A DNA stretch of 64,000 nt, from positions 222,272,001 through 222,336,000 of the forward strand of contig NC_058368.1 in assembly GCF_018350175.1 (NCBI RefSeq). The letters run 5' to 3'. Numbering within the stretch: the stretch's first letter is position 1; each line of letters opens with the position of its first letter. Of the stretch, positions 13,193 through 25,082 are shown piece after piece. Made by a program: the position numbers and the translations under genes. This stretch comes from Felis catus (taxonomy: Eukaryota). The notes under the pieces were generated by a model, which was not told the origin of the DNA, did not search any database, and saw nothing but the letters and a program-made list of their open reading frames with translations.

Positions 13193-13608
13193 ACTATGGA
13201 TACAGTTTGCCTACTCAACGTCACTGATTGATATGTTGAAACCCTAACACCTAGTGCCTCACAACATGACTGTATTTGGGATTTGGTCATAAGGCTTTTA
13301 AAGAGGTGACTAATTCAAATTGATGTTGCTAGGAAGGACCTTAATCCAATCTGACTGGGGCCCTGATAAGAGGATATTTGGACAAAAAGAGACAGGAAGG
13401 ATGCACACAGGCACAGAGGAAAGACTATGTGAGGACACAGCAAGAAGGAAGTTATCTGCAGGGCAAGGAGAATGGCTTTAGGAAAACCCAAGCCTGCCAA
13501 TTCCGTGATCTTGGACTTCTAGACTCCAGAATTGTGAGTAAATGAATTTTTGTTATTGTGGCACCTAGTCTGTGGTATTTTATCCTGGGAGCCCTAGCAA
13601 AATAATAT
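13193..13608 (+). mobile_element. MaLR solo LTR (MLT1A0/B-like)
   Basis: atatgttgaaaccctaac...tgtgaggacacagcaagaagg...gatcttggacttctagactccagaattgtgag...agccctagcaaaataata. Confidence 0.88.
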
Positions 13609-13894
13609 GCCAGATGAAAAAATAATAATTTATACATTTGCTTAACACATATTTAAGAACCTACTCTTCACTGAATTCTTTGTAATATAAAAGCAATGAT
13701 CAAGAAAAGCATCATGTCTAATAATAAATTTTAATATCTAATCAGGGCACAAAGACAAATACTGAGTAAATAATAACAGTTTTGATGTGTGAGGAATTTG
13801 TGTACAGTCTCTTATAAGAATGGACAACACGGGACCTAAGGAAAGTTTATCATGAGAATTTTCCCTAATGGAGGTGTTTAAACTCTATTCAGTA

Positions 13895-14528
13895 TGAAAA
13901 GAACAGCTTTAAATCCAAATGACAGCCCTGCCTTAGTTTAAAGCTAAAGTTCTCTTTTCTGCTTATTATGGATCTTTGATAAGAAATACAATTGCTGAGA
14001 AGTCTGTTTTGCTTGCTGTTTGCTACGAGCGTTGTGAAACCTTTCCTGAATGTAACCCGCCACGTAATAGAGTAAGTTGTAAAACTTCTTAAATGTAGTC
14101 TGGTATGTAATAGAATAAGTGATTGTACATGAACTAACCGGCATTTCTCGCTTCTGTAAACCTGCTTGCTCAACACATTCCTCCCCTTCTCCCTTCCCCC
14201 TTCCCCCTTCCCCCTTTTTCTCCCGACACAAGTAACGGACAAAGCCTTCCCGCCAAAGGACAGACAAAGGACGCCCAATCAGAGAACAACAAATGTCCTT
14301 ACTTTAAAATAAACTAATCAGGCCCCTCATAATTTGAAACCTCCCCTGTGCTATTTGTCTCTGTCTATAAAAACGCTGTACCAACCCTGATCAAGGCCTC
14401 TTAGCGTCATCGGCAATGAGTGCGCGGAGGTCCAGGTTCGAACCTGCAATAAACGACCCTTGCCGCTTGGCTTTGACTTACGACTCTGGTGGTCTTTTGT
14501 GGGAGGTTTTGGAACTTCAGGCATTACA
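13895..14528 (+). mobile_element. Young gammaretrovirus-like (ERV1) solo LTR, 634 bp
   Basis: TG(AAA)...(TTA)CA termini, perfect 4-bp TSD AGTA (13891-13894/14529-14532), CCAAT 14275, TATAAAA 14366, AATAAA 14448, ~19 retained CpGs; no PBS or internal sequence follows. Confidence 0.92.
14275..14373 (+). promoter_or_regulatory. LTR U3 core promoter (CCAAT box and TATA box)
   Basis: ccaat at 14275-14279 and tataaaaa at 14366-14373 in retroviral U3 order, upstream of AATAAA at 14448. Confidence 0.7.
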
Positions 14529-16732
14529 AGTACTTGACTTAAAAGTTGCATTTGGGTTAGCTAGGGAAGGTGGCAGAGGAGGAAAATATTCTTTGCAAAA
14601 GAAACCTGAGAGGAGAAACCAGTGAATCTTTAGTAAACTGAAGGTTGATTGGAAAAGTTGTGTAGACTAACTGAGAAGAAAACGGATGGGAGACGAAGCT
14701 GAGGGAAAGGCAGGGGTGGAAATAAGGAGGGTTGTGGAGGTCATGTTTCTCCTCAAAATATTCAAATATTAGGAAAATGTATTTCAACAGAGCAGAGTTG
14801 AATTTTTTCTACTGTGTTTGCTTGTTTGTTTTCATGGGGAATGGGAAGGGGTTCTCAGCAAGTCAAATGGAGATCTTGGTGGCTAAAGTGATACTACAAT
14901 GGAGGACACTAGTGTTAAAACGAAATAACAAAGTAGAAAAGGAGAAAACAGGAGACCCTGTGGTGGCATCTTACTCAGAAACACATGATTGGATGAGTGC
15001 AAGGTGTAGAAACCTTTGCCAACTATGTCTTATGGTTAGATCTTGAGTAAGTGTGCATTTTCCCCAGTTTTCATCGGTCATGCTATACGGTGATACTTAA
15101 AATTCCTGAACTCTCCTTCATCAGGAATACTAAATAGTACCATAGTTTGCAAAGATGAGAAATCTCACCTTTACGGAAATTTTGGGAGAAAGGGTGCGGA
15201 TGCCCACCAAATTTCTTTACTTGTATCTTGAGTGTCTCTTATACTAGAGCTCATGAGGAATAACTATTGATTTTTGTGGCTAAAATAAATTCATGCATTT
15301 TATCTTCTACATTATCATACATGATGAAAGCTATGCAGGAAGTCCCACAGACACGGTGAATGCTTCCTATTCCATTTTAACACTGAAAGGAAACAAAGCA
15401 AAAATCACTTATTTATAGAGATTGCTACAAAATACATCTCCATCACCATTCAGGTAGAGTATCTAAAGTGTCTAGTATATTGAATCCAGAAGCCAGAGTT
15501 CAATGTAGTCAGTATCAAAATAAAACTGATTCATTATAGTGATGATGTCATGATGTATTTCTTCTCAGAGAAATAAGCCAAGAAAGAATTTAAAACCGTA
15601 AAGTAACCTTCGCAGTAGATGATGATGATTAATTAATATGGCAGAAACAGAGGGCTCACTCCTATAGATAAATCTGAGGAATAACTGATTCTCACACTTG
15701 AGATACTTGATGGTAAGATTCCATTATGTAGTGGTAAGAAACTGGATGATAATCCCCTTACATTTTCAACAAATGATTCTGGAACAATCTATTTGATTGC
15801 CAACTCCTACTATTAAATCTGGATCAATGAAACTGGCAAAATACACTAGTCCTCTATGAAACTTGGACAGAAAGCGAGTGACCTTTGGGACATCTTTTCC
15901 TGACTGGCAGTGTTTGGAGCTCCTAGCTATGTTTACTCCTCTAGGCAAGCATTGTCAGGCTGCTTGGGACAATTTTGATAATAATCTGCCTCGTGCAAAT
16001 TCACAGTTATTTTTAGAGCACCTGAATGTTCCATTCATTTGAGTCCATGGTAGGTAAGCCATATTAGTTACTAAGGCTTCTGAGAGACCAAGGATTGAAG
16101 CTAAGGAGGAGTCTGGCTTTACTTCAAATCCTGTAAGTGACCTTTCAGGCCTATCAGAGGACATGACAAGATTTTGCCTGGGAGACCTCATGAGGTAGAG
16201 GGAGGGAGAAAAGCTGTTCCATCCACACCAGTCTTGGTGCACAGCAAGTTAATTGCAGTTTCCAGGAGAAGTTGCTGTCACATTCCTCAGGCCAGCTCTG
16301 CTCAGACACATATCTGCATCTCTAGCCTAAGTACCTCCATTCAGAAAACTTCCTAGATTGGGTTTTATCAAAGGCACTTTCTCTACTCTGACTCAGTAAT
16401 TTTTTTAGAAAAGACAATTATAAGAAAAGAACCTGCAGAGCAGTAGCTATCAGGAACATAGACAAAAAAAAATCCTAATAAGATATTAAATAAATGTAAT
16501 ATGACAATAAATGGAGAGAAATATGCATCTTGGCAAAGTATGATTTCATTTTAGGTATGGAAAGATGGTTCAACATTTAGAAGTTAACCACACTTATCAA
16601 CCATATTGACAGTTAAACAATAAAAATCAAATGATCATATCAATTGGTGCAGAAAAACCTTGTGACAAAATCCAATATACATTCATGATAAAACTCTCAG
16701 CAAACTGGGAATAGAGAGGAAATTACACAACT

Positions 16733-16734
<2 letters not shown>

Positions 16735-16789
<55 letters not shown>

Positions 16790-16790
16790 T
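16735..16790. repeat. (TA)n/(CA)n microsatellite
   Basis: Direct reading. Confidence 0.9.
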
Positions 16791-17260
16791 CTATAAATAT
16801 TTACAGCTAACATTGTACTTAATGGTGTAAAATTGGTTGATAATCCCCTAACATTTTCAACAAATAGTATTGGAACAATTGTACATCCAAAACAAATTAA
16901 CCTATGTAGATATCTTACAAGTTACACAAGTTTGAACTCAAAATAGATCAAAGACATAAAATGCAAAATTATAAACTTTTATAAAAGCATAGAAGAAATT
17001 TTACATATCCTTAGGCTTTCTGATGAGGTTTTAGGTACAATATTAAAAGCAGGTATATGAAAAAAAATTGTTTAGTTGGAATGTACTAAAATTAAAACCT
17101 TCTGCTTCACAACAGACTCTATTAAAGAGTGAATAAACAAGCCATACACTACGAGAAAATATTTTTAAAACACGTATTTCACAAAGAACTCCAAATATAT
17201 ACAAAGAACTCTTGTGTACAAATATACAAAGAACTCTTAAAACTCAACAGTAGGTTGAAT

Positions 17261-17455
17261 AGCCAACCTAGGTGACTCGGTTGGTTAAGTATCTGACTCT
17301 TGATCTTGATTCAGGTCATTATTTCATGGTTTGTGGCATGGAGCTCTGTATTGGATTCCATGATGAATGTCCAGCCTGATTGGAATTCTCTCTCTCCCTC
17401 TCTCTCTGCCCCTCCTCCTCTCTCAAAATAAATAAATAAACTAAAAAAAAAAAAA
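17261..17455 (+). mobile_element. Can-SINE (old) nested in L1
   Basis: ggtgactcggttggttaagtatctgactcttgat...aataaataaac and poly(A). Confidence 0.88.
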
Positions 17456-19544
17456 CCTCCATTAAGGAAGCAAACATTCCAGTTAAATGGTGGGACAAAT
17501 TCTAAACATACACCTCATCAAAGAAAATATACAGATGGCACATAAGCATATGAAACTATGCTCATTACTTGTTATGAAATGCAAATTAAAACCACAATGA
17601 GATAATACTATACCCTACTAGGATATATCAAACCCCAAAAGTGACAATAAACATTTATGATGAGAATGCAGAACAAGAGGCATACCCATCAATTACTGGT
17701 GGAAATGCAAAATGGGATTGCACATTTTGACAAAGCAGAATATAGTCTTACCAGATTACCCAGCAATTCTGCACCTAGATCTATACTAATTTGAAAACTT
17801 ATGTCAACATACACTTGTATGCAAATGATTACAGCAACTCTATTCATAACTGTCAAAAACTGGAAGCAACAAAGATGCTCTTCAATAGATGAATGCATTA
17901 ACTAACTGTGGTAGAACCATAAAATGGAATATTATTCAGCAATAAAAATAAATGAGCTATCAAGCTATAAAAAGACATGGATGAAGCTTAAATGTGTATT
18001 GTTAAGTGAAAAAACCAGTCTGAAAGTCAACATACTGTGGGACGCTGTTTATATGAGATTAAAGAAAAAGGAAAAACGATAAAGGTAAGAAATAAATCAT
18101 ACTTGGCAGGATTTGAAGAGGGGGTGTATGGGAATAGATAATGCACAGGGGACTATTTAGGACAGTGAAATTACCCTGTATAATGTTGCAATAGTGGAAA
18201 CATGGTGTATTTATCAATACTCATCAAACTTTATAGCATAAAGAATAAACTTTAATATATACAAAATAGCAAAAATCATTCAGGAGGTCAGGTGGCCCCA
18301 CGATGGAATCAAAATGTGATAAGAGAATTTAATTAAATTACAAATCTATGAAGCAACTTTATGAAAAGTGGAGACAGAGAAAAATATTGAAGTAAGTAGC
18401 TTTGAAAAACAGTGAAGTCTGTCATGCTAAAGCCTAAAGCAACTACATGTAAGAATTTTTCTGTAGTTAATAAAGTTGTTCTCCATGGAGATATGGTTTA
18501 ATAATTCTGATATCACTGTACATGTGTACAGAAATTGAACAATTAAGTAAATGGATGGCAGATAGTTGGAGCCATATTTCTTACTGTTGATGTAAGAATT
18601 CTCAGAGAACCAAGGCTTCTCTGGAGCAAGGCAAGAAGGCTCCAGAAATTAAAAGAAATACTTAAAATAAAAAAAGAATAGAAGACTACAATGATCTATG
18701 TAGTGATAAATTTTGAAACATCATATGGATTAAATTTATATTAATTATATTTGTCTATATTTCTCTATATATGTTGAGATATCTACAATGTATTTCTATT
18801 ATGTATCTGAATGTCTAATATATATGTTTGTATACATATGTGTGTGTATATATACACACACATAGATAAATGCACAGATAGATATAAAGTGTATATACAT
18901 GGAGTGGTACATATGCATACATTCCCTTGCCCTGTTGGCTGAGAAAATCTAGAAGTAATGATACCCCAGATTTAATGGACACACTTAGCAACAGATATTG
19001 ATTTCTAGTATGATCCTCCAATAAAAGAAATCAGACAGTGTCCTTGGTGAAATGCTGATTCTAGGACATGGGCAGGAGATAAATAAAATGACCTTGGAGC
19101 ACTTTGCATTGCCAAAGTGAGGAAGAGCCTATTGAGGTAAAAGAAACAATGATGGCAGTATGTCAAAGAGACACAAAACCAACAAAAGAGTTCCCACTAG
19201 TTAAAACTAGAAAATCTAAGCAACAAAATAAAATACAATTGGATTATAATCCTTATAAAATATACATCCAGAGGTCCATAGTGTTATGATTACATGATTC
19301 AACAAATAAGTGGTATAAAATAGACAAATTTTTTGTATCGAAAATTTATAGCTAATTCATGTAGATTCTTCACCCCTAAGGAGGTGAATCATGCCTTACG
19401 TGTGAGCTGTCCATAAGGACTCTATTCCAAAGTGTATAGAATGGGAAGGAGGTAGGGGAAAAAAAGATCAGTATAACAGTGGAGAAACATGACAAAAATA
19501 CTAGGTTATCAGGGTTAATATTAGCAATGTTGAACCATGTTTCT

Positions 19545-19794
19545 TTCTGTTTTTTTTTCTTTTTCTTTTATGTTGCTGTTGTTGTTTTGGTTTGGTTTTT
19601 TGAGAGACAGAGAGAGAGAGTTCATGCACACATGCAAAGAGGGGGACAGTGAGGGAAGGAGAGTGAGAATCTCAAGTAGGCTGGAAGCCCAGCACAGATC
19701 CCAACCTGGGGCTCAATCTCATGACCTTGAGATTATGACCTGAGCCGAACTCTAGAGTTGGATGCTTAACCGACTGAGCCACCCTAGTGCTCCT
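19545..19794 (-). mobile_element. Can-SINE (old)
   Basis: Antisense body ...gatgcttaaccgactgagccaccc. Confidence 0.88.
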
Positions 19795-19820
19795 GTTGTG
19801 TTTTCAAAGTCATGTTTCTA

Positions 19821-20034
19821 GGGGCGCCTGGGTGGCTCAGTCGGTTGAGCACCCGACTTCGGCTCAGGTCACGATCTCACGGTCCATGAGTTCGAGCCCC
19901 GCGTCGGGCTCTGGGCTGATGGCTCAGAGACTGGAGCCTGCTTCTGATTCTGTGTCTCCCTCTCTCTCTGCCCCTCCCCCGTTCATGCTCTGTCTCTCTC
20001 TGTCCCAAAAATAAATAAACGTTAAAAAAAAAAA
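19821..20034 (+). mobile_element. Young felid SINE
   Basis: ggggcgcctgggtggctcagtcggttgagc, CpG-rich; TSD ttcaaag(t/c)catgtttcta. Confidence 0.95.
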
Positions 20035-20485
20035 TTCAAAGCCATGTTTCTAATATGTACCTTGTTGCAATGACAATGGCATTTTACTTCTATAGTTTTC
20101 CTCCCCCAAATCCAAAACTCCAAGTCTATTCATGAGAAAAATATCAGAAAAATTCCTATGGAGGCCTATTCTACCAAATAGCTTACCAGTTTTCTTGAAA
20201 ACATCAAGGTCAATGAAAACAAGAAAAGTCTTTTTCACCTTAAGGCTGAAAGGATCTTAAGGAGACATAACTATTAAATTCAATATAGTATTATGGATGG
20301 TACCTTAGAATTGAAAAAAGTAAGTGAGTAAAAGCTAAGTAAATAGTTTTTGAACAAATAATGAATTTTCGTTAATAATAATGCATCGATATTGGGTAAT
20401 TAATGGTGACAAATGCCCTCTTCCAATGTAAGATAATAGGAGACTTTGGGTATGGGGTATGGGAACTCTTTGTACTATCTTCCTG

Positions 20486-20660
20486 TTTCCTTTCCTTTCC
20501 TTTCCTTTCCTTTCCTTTCCTTTCCTTTCCTTTCCCTTTCTTCTTCTTCTTTTTCTTCTTCTTCTTCTTCTTCTTCTTCTTCTTCTTCTTCTTCTTCTTC
20601 TTCTTCTTCTTCTTCATCTTCCCCTACTCCTCCTCCTCCTCCTTCTCCTTCATCTTCTTA
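20486..20660. repeat. Compound polypyrimidine microsatellite (TTTCC)n-(TTC)n-(TCC)n
   Basis: Direct reading; ~26 TTC/TTT units match the poly-K ORF on the minus strand. Confidence 0.95.
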
Positions 20661-21093
20661 TTTTTTTTGTAAATCTAAAAAGAATACATGTCCAATACTA
20701 CACATCTTTAAAATAAGAAATGTTGATAATTTTATTCAGTTTTTTATTCAGAAATCCATTACATTATAAAACTGATTCCTTCTTACTTAAAATATGCACA
20801 ATGGCAGCTATGCTAAGGTTATCCCCATGAGTTTTCAGTATCACAACCCGGGATACAAAATCTGAGTTAATGTATAGTACACAGGGGTGGAGGTAGAAAG
20901 AAATTGTAGCCAACTGAAAATATGCACACAGATGGTTAAGGAACCCAGAAAAGGAAAACATCACTTCTTACCTGACTTCATTTCACAAAGCAAAATAACG
21001 ATTTTTTTTTCCATTTCTTTTGGATGTGGTGCTGAGTTATGTTCAAAGTCGGGAGAAGTCCAAGATTTCTTTTTCATAAAAAAGGAGAGTCTA

Positions 21094-21207
21094 GGGGCAC
21101 CTGGATGGCTCAGGTGATAAAGCATCTGACTCTTAATTTCAGCTCAGGTCATGATCTCATGGTTTTGTTGGTCCGAGCCCTGTGTAGGGCTCCACGCTGA
21201 CAGCACA

Positions 21208-21238
<31 letters not shown>

Positions 21239-21350
21239 ATGAATGAATGAATGAATAATAATCCCACTTGGGATTTCCTGTCTCCCTGTTTCTCTTCCCT
21301 ACTCTGTTCTCTCTCTCTCTCTCAAAAATAAATAAACATTAAATAGAAAG
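21094..21350 (+). mobile_element. Can-SINE with internal (TAAA)n(TGAA)n insertion
   Basis: SINE head and tail intact; TSD aaggaga(g/a)tcta. Confidence 0.9.
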
Positions 21351-21999
21351 GTAAGGAGAATCTACCTGAAGCTCAATTATAATATTTATCCCCAAACCAC
21401 TTTGTGGAGAAAAAGATATCATTTGGAGAAAATATATCAACCAGAATTTCTTGAGATACTACTCATTAACAGCAGGTGAATTTATCATTTCTGTACCATT
21501 TTTTGGCTTAACAGAAATACTATCTTAGAATTAGACTGTATGGTTTATGCTGTTAGTGAGCATCTGTTACATGATATGGCTATGAACCAAGATGACATTC
21601 TTTTTGGACGACTGCATGGGTAAAAAGGCAAAACCATTGTTTCTGCCTCTCTTCCATCAGTTTCTGCATTGTTTTTAGACCACAAGTATAGATAGATCAT
21701 TATACAAGTGGCTGTTGAAGAAACAAGAATAATGTCCAAGAGGGTAAGTATTGATGTAATATAATGGCTACAGATGAGTGATGATTTTTTTTCTGGAATT
21801 TCAGAAAAGACAATTATGGGAAGTGTGTTTTTTTAATTTTTTATTTTAACTTTAATTTTAATTTTTTGCATGTCGACTCAAGTGCACCTTGAAATATATC
21901 TCTAAATATGGTCAGTTGACAATTGCCCATTTGACACATCACTTGATGCATAAAATTTACTTGAATTTCACCATCACCAAACGTACTCGGCACTTTTGA

Positions 22000-22300
22000 T
22001 GACTCAGCCAGCTATCACTGACCCCAAAGTAGTAGGATACTCTCAGAGTTTTGGAAACTGGAATGGTATCGACTGGACATGGAAAGGATTTTTCTAGAGG
22101 GTCACCTTGGGTATGATAAGAACCTGTTAACTTAGATAAGGACACAAGAGGGAGCTATTTTCAAGGAAACTGGCCATGCTCAAGCAGTGAACCTTGACAG
22201 GAAGACCGTTTCATCAAATTAAGAGTGATCAAGTGAGCTCCTGGCTCAAGCTATATGAATGGGTACATTCTGACCAGCTTAAAACTGGCAAGCCATCACT
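22000..22300 (+). mobile_element. Probable ancient ERVL-class pol remnant (RT connection/RNase H boundary)
   Basis: Conceptual translation WKLEWY (22052-22069) and PFHQIKSDQVSSWL (22206-22247) resembles recalled ERVL KWKWYI...PYDQLTEEEKTRAWF with similar spacing. Confidence 0.45.
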
Positions 22301-22659
22301 GATAAGTGTGGACAAATACTCTACTTCATTTATCATAACCACATGTCAAGCTGTTAAGTTAAAGAGTTGAAATTTGCACCTGGGGGTCTCAAAATTATGT
22401 TATACTGTTACTTTGAATGCTGCATTGTTTCCTATAATAAATTCTTAGGAAATACTAAGTCAACTTACAGCAGGGGAATGCCTGTTTTGTGTTAGACATT
22501 TGATTGTGAATCTGAAATCAAATCTCTGCAGCCCATTGAGCAGAGTGGATAGTAGAAGTCCATAAATGGAAATATAGCCATGATCAATGAATCCAGTAGT
22601 ATCATACCAAATACATATAATCCTTTACACCATAATTCATATTGAAGTCTTCCCTTTTT

Positions 22660-23280
22660 ATTTAATCAAAAGCTTTAGAGAATAGTTATATATATACTGA
22701 AATATGTGCAGATCATGAATGTATATGTGGATGGATTTTCCTAAATTAAACTTTCCTGGGCAGCCAGCATCCAAATAACGAAATGTAATATTTTTTAGCA
22801 CAGCAGAAGCTTTTTTTAATGTTTATTTATTGTTTTGAGAGCAAGACAGAGAGACAGAGAGACAGAGCGTGTGTAGGGGAGGGGGAGAGAGAGAGGGAAA
22901 CACAGAATCCTGGCAGGGCTCCAGGCTCTGAGCTCTCAGCACAGAGCCCAACATGGGACTCAAAATCACAAACTGTGAGATAATGACCTGAGAGAAAATT
23001 GGACGCCTAACTAACTGAACCACCCAGGAGCCCCATAACAGAAACTTTCCAATCATTATCTACTTCCAGGATAACCCTTCTTCTGACTATTAATAACACT
23101 AATATGGCCTGACATTGCTCAAATTCCCTAAAACTGTATGATACAAATCATAATCTCCTGTTCTTTTAAGATTTATACCGTTCAATCATGGTGTTGTGTA
23201 GATCAACAATTTGTTTTTGATCATGGCTGTATAATATTCCATCCTATGAATATGCCATAATTTACCTGTACATTTGGAGA
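22660..23280 (-). mobile_element. Old L1ME-like 3' fragment
   Basis: Antisense motifs: aaatatgtgcagatcatgaatgtata...ataacccttcttctgact...gctgtataatattccat...gaatatgccataattta. Confidence 0.6.
22811..23034 (-). mobile_element. Can-SINE
   Basis: Antisense body; degenerate TSD cagaa(g/a)cttt. Confidence 0.92.
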
Positions 23281-24999
23281 GCATTCTTTTAAATTTTCAC
23301 CTTAGCTTTAATCACGAAACATAATTATTGTCTTTCTATCACACATTAAAAAATAAAGAAAAACACATTTTATTCTTGGAGTCTTTCTCTGAAAGGTTGT
23401 TTTTTTTTTAATTTTTTTCAGATCTCTCTTTTATTTATAACAAATAACCTTTATGCCTCAATTTTAATTGCCTACCCATCTGATAGTGACTCAAAGTCAA
23501 ACTTCTCATCCTTCGGCATAGATCTTAACAGTGATCATCTGCCTAGGATGGACATTTGGTCCCAGTGAGGAAGCCTAGTTCTACATTTTGCTCTCCCATT
23601 TGTTTTTGTCTCTTATTTATGTTTGTTGTTGTTATCTTGTCTTTGGGAAATTCCTCATTTCCTGTGAGCTTAAATAACATTTAAAAATAAAGGTAATGAT
23701 AATTTATATAACATGTTTTTGTTTTTGTTTTGTTTTTGTTTTTGTTTTTGTTTTGCCTTCTAAAGTCTTTTCAAACTATCTAGCCAAACTGTGGCTGTCA
23801 GAAAGAGAAATCCCTTGCAACTTTTTAGAGTTGAACACTTTACCTCTACTCACGTGGAAATCGTACACAGAAATGCATGATACATTTTATCTCAGGGATA
23901 AGATATTGTTACTAAGTTATTTTAAAAGTATACACCCTAGTTGTTTTTTTCTTCATTTTATTTGCTTGGCCTTTGTGACAACATGAATGCTTTCATATTA
24001 AGTATTTTAACAATAAATTTGTGTTAATTAAAATTGAGAATCCTACCTACTGTCATAATCAATGTACATATTTTCCATGTAGATATCAATATACTTTTCC
24101 ATACTCTAAAAATACTGTTAGAATCATGTGAGGTCTTGCTGCATATGATACATATGATATTATTATGCAAGTAGACTATTTTATTCAACTGAAGACACTG
24201 AAACACACACACCCACAGAAGATCCAGTAAAATTAAAATGCTTAATGTTCAAGTAAAACATATTTGTATTGATTAGATATAAAACATCTTTTAATATAAA
24301 TATATTTCTTTTATTTTTAATTGAACAGACATTTGACACCTCACATATAAAAATGTAGATAAAAACGACCCAAATTATGCCCATTGACTACGAAACACTG
24401 ATTTCACATCTTGTGCTTCTATTTCTTTAACACCTCTGAATTTTCCACTTTGATTTAAAAAAAAAAACCTCTATAGATTATTAACTCCACTTCATAATGA
24501 CATTTCATAGTCTAATCAATACTGGATGAATGTGTCACAAGTACTCATAAACATAGGACTAAAATTGCTGGTGACAGAAACAATTGGCTAACTACCATTT
24601 TTTGACCTCCAGGGGTAAATGATTAAAGTCTTAAATTAAATAGTGCTATTTTGAGTAGAATTTCATGTACAATTTTTATTTCTCTTCAAGAGTAATAAAA
24701 CACCACATTCTATAAAGATTTGCAGAAATGATTACACGTGTACTTTTTTTTTTTTTGCATTTTCTATCACGTTGCCCTTATTTGGATGAGAATTTAGATT
24801 ATAAAAAGATATGTCATCAGGAACTCAAATTAGATGATGAAAACTTCCTTGAACTCCTTAAAATACATTATTTATAACACTTATTGTGTTCAATAATACT
24901 TATTGTATTCAAGCAGCAAATGAAAATAACTTGCTAAAGGTAGGAATAATTCTTGAAATATTTTATTTAGTACTTTGCTTTAGTATTTGTATACACAAT

Positions 25000-25003
<4 letters not shown>

Positions 25004-25079
<76 letters not shown>
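25004..25079. repeat. (CA)n(TA)n microsatellite
   Basis: Direct reading. Confidence 0.95.

Positions 25080-25082
<3 letters not shown>

Larger units (their letters stand above)
13640..14700 (-). mobile_element. Degenerate L2 3' fragment hosting the ERV LTR
   Basis: acacatatttaagaacctact... and purine-rich L2-like antisense sequence resuming after 14532. Confidence 0.4.
16440..20690 (+). mobile_element. Decayed L1MC-like LINE (ORF2 RT remnant, internal deletion, long 3'UTR), with nested SINEs and microsatellites
   Basis: atcatatcaattggtgcagaaaaaccttgtgacaaaatccaa (ISIDAEKAFDKIQ-like), gaaatgcaaattaaaaccacaatgaga, atggaatattattcagcaataaaa, terminal gggaactctttgtactatct...tgtaaatctaaaa. Confidence 0.88.

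Noticed and set aside
13889..14278. 129-aa and 107-aa minus-strand ORFs
   Set aside because: Antisense to the LTR U3, partly low-complexity, with no recognisable protein similarity.
19821..19900. tRNA-like A/B boxes at SINE heads (example copy)
   Set aside because: Can-SINE heads are tRNA-derived; these are not tRNA genes.
20372..20769. Poly-K/F/S/L ORFs
   Set aside because: Translations of the (TTC)n microsatellite.
21661..21743. Exon-like segment (pyrimidine tract-CAG ... GTAAGT)
   Set aside because: Stops in all three frames and no other support; at best a cryptic non-coding exon.
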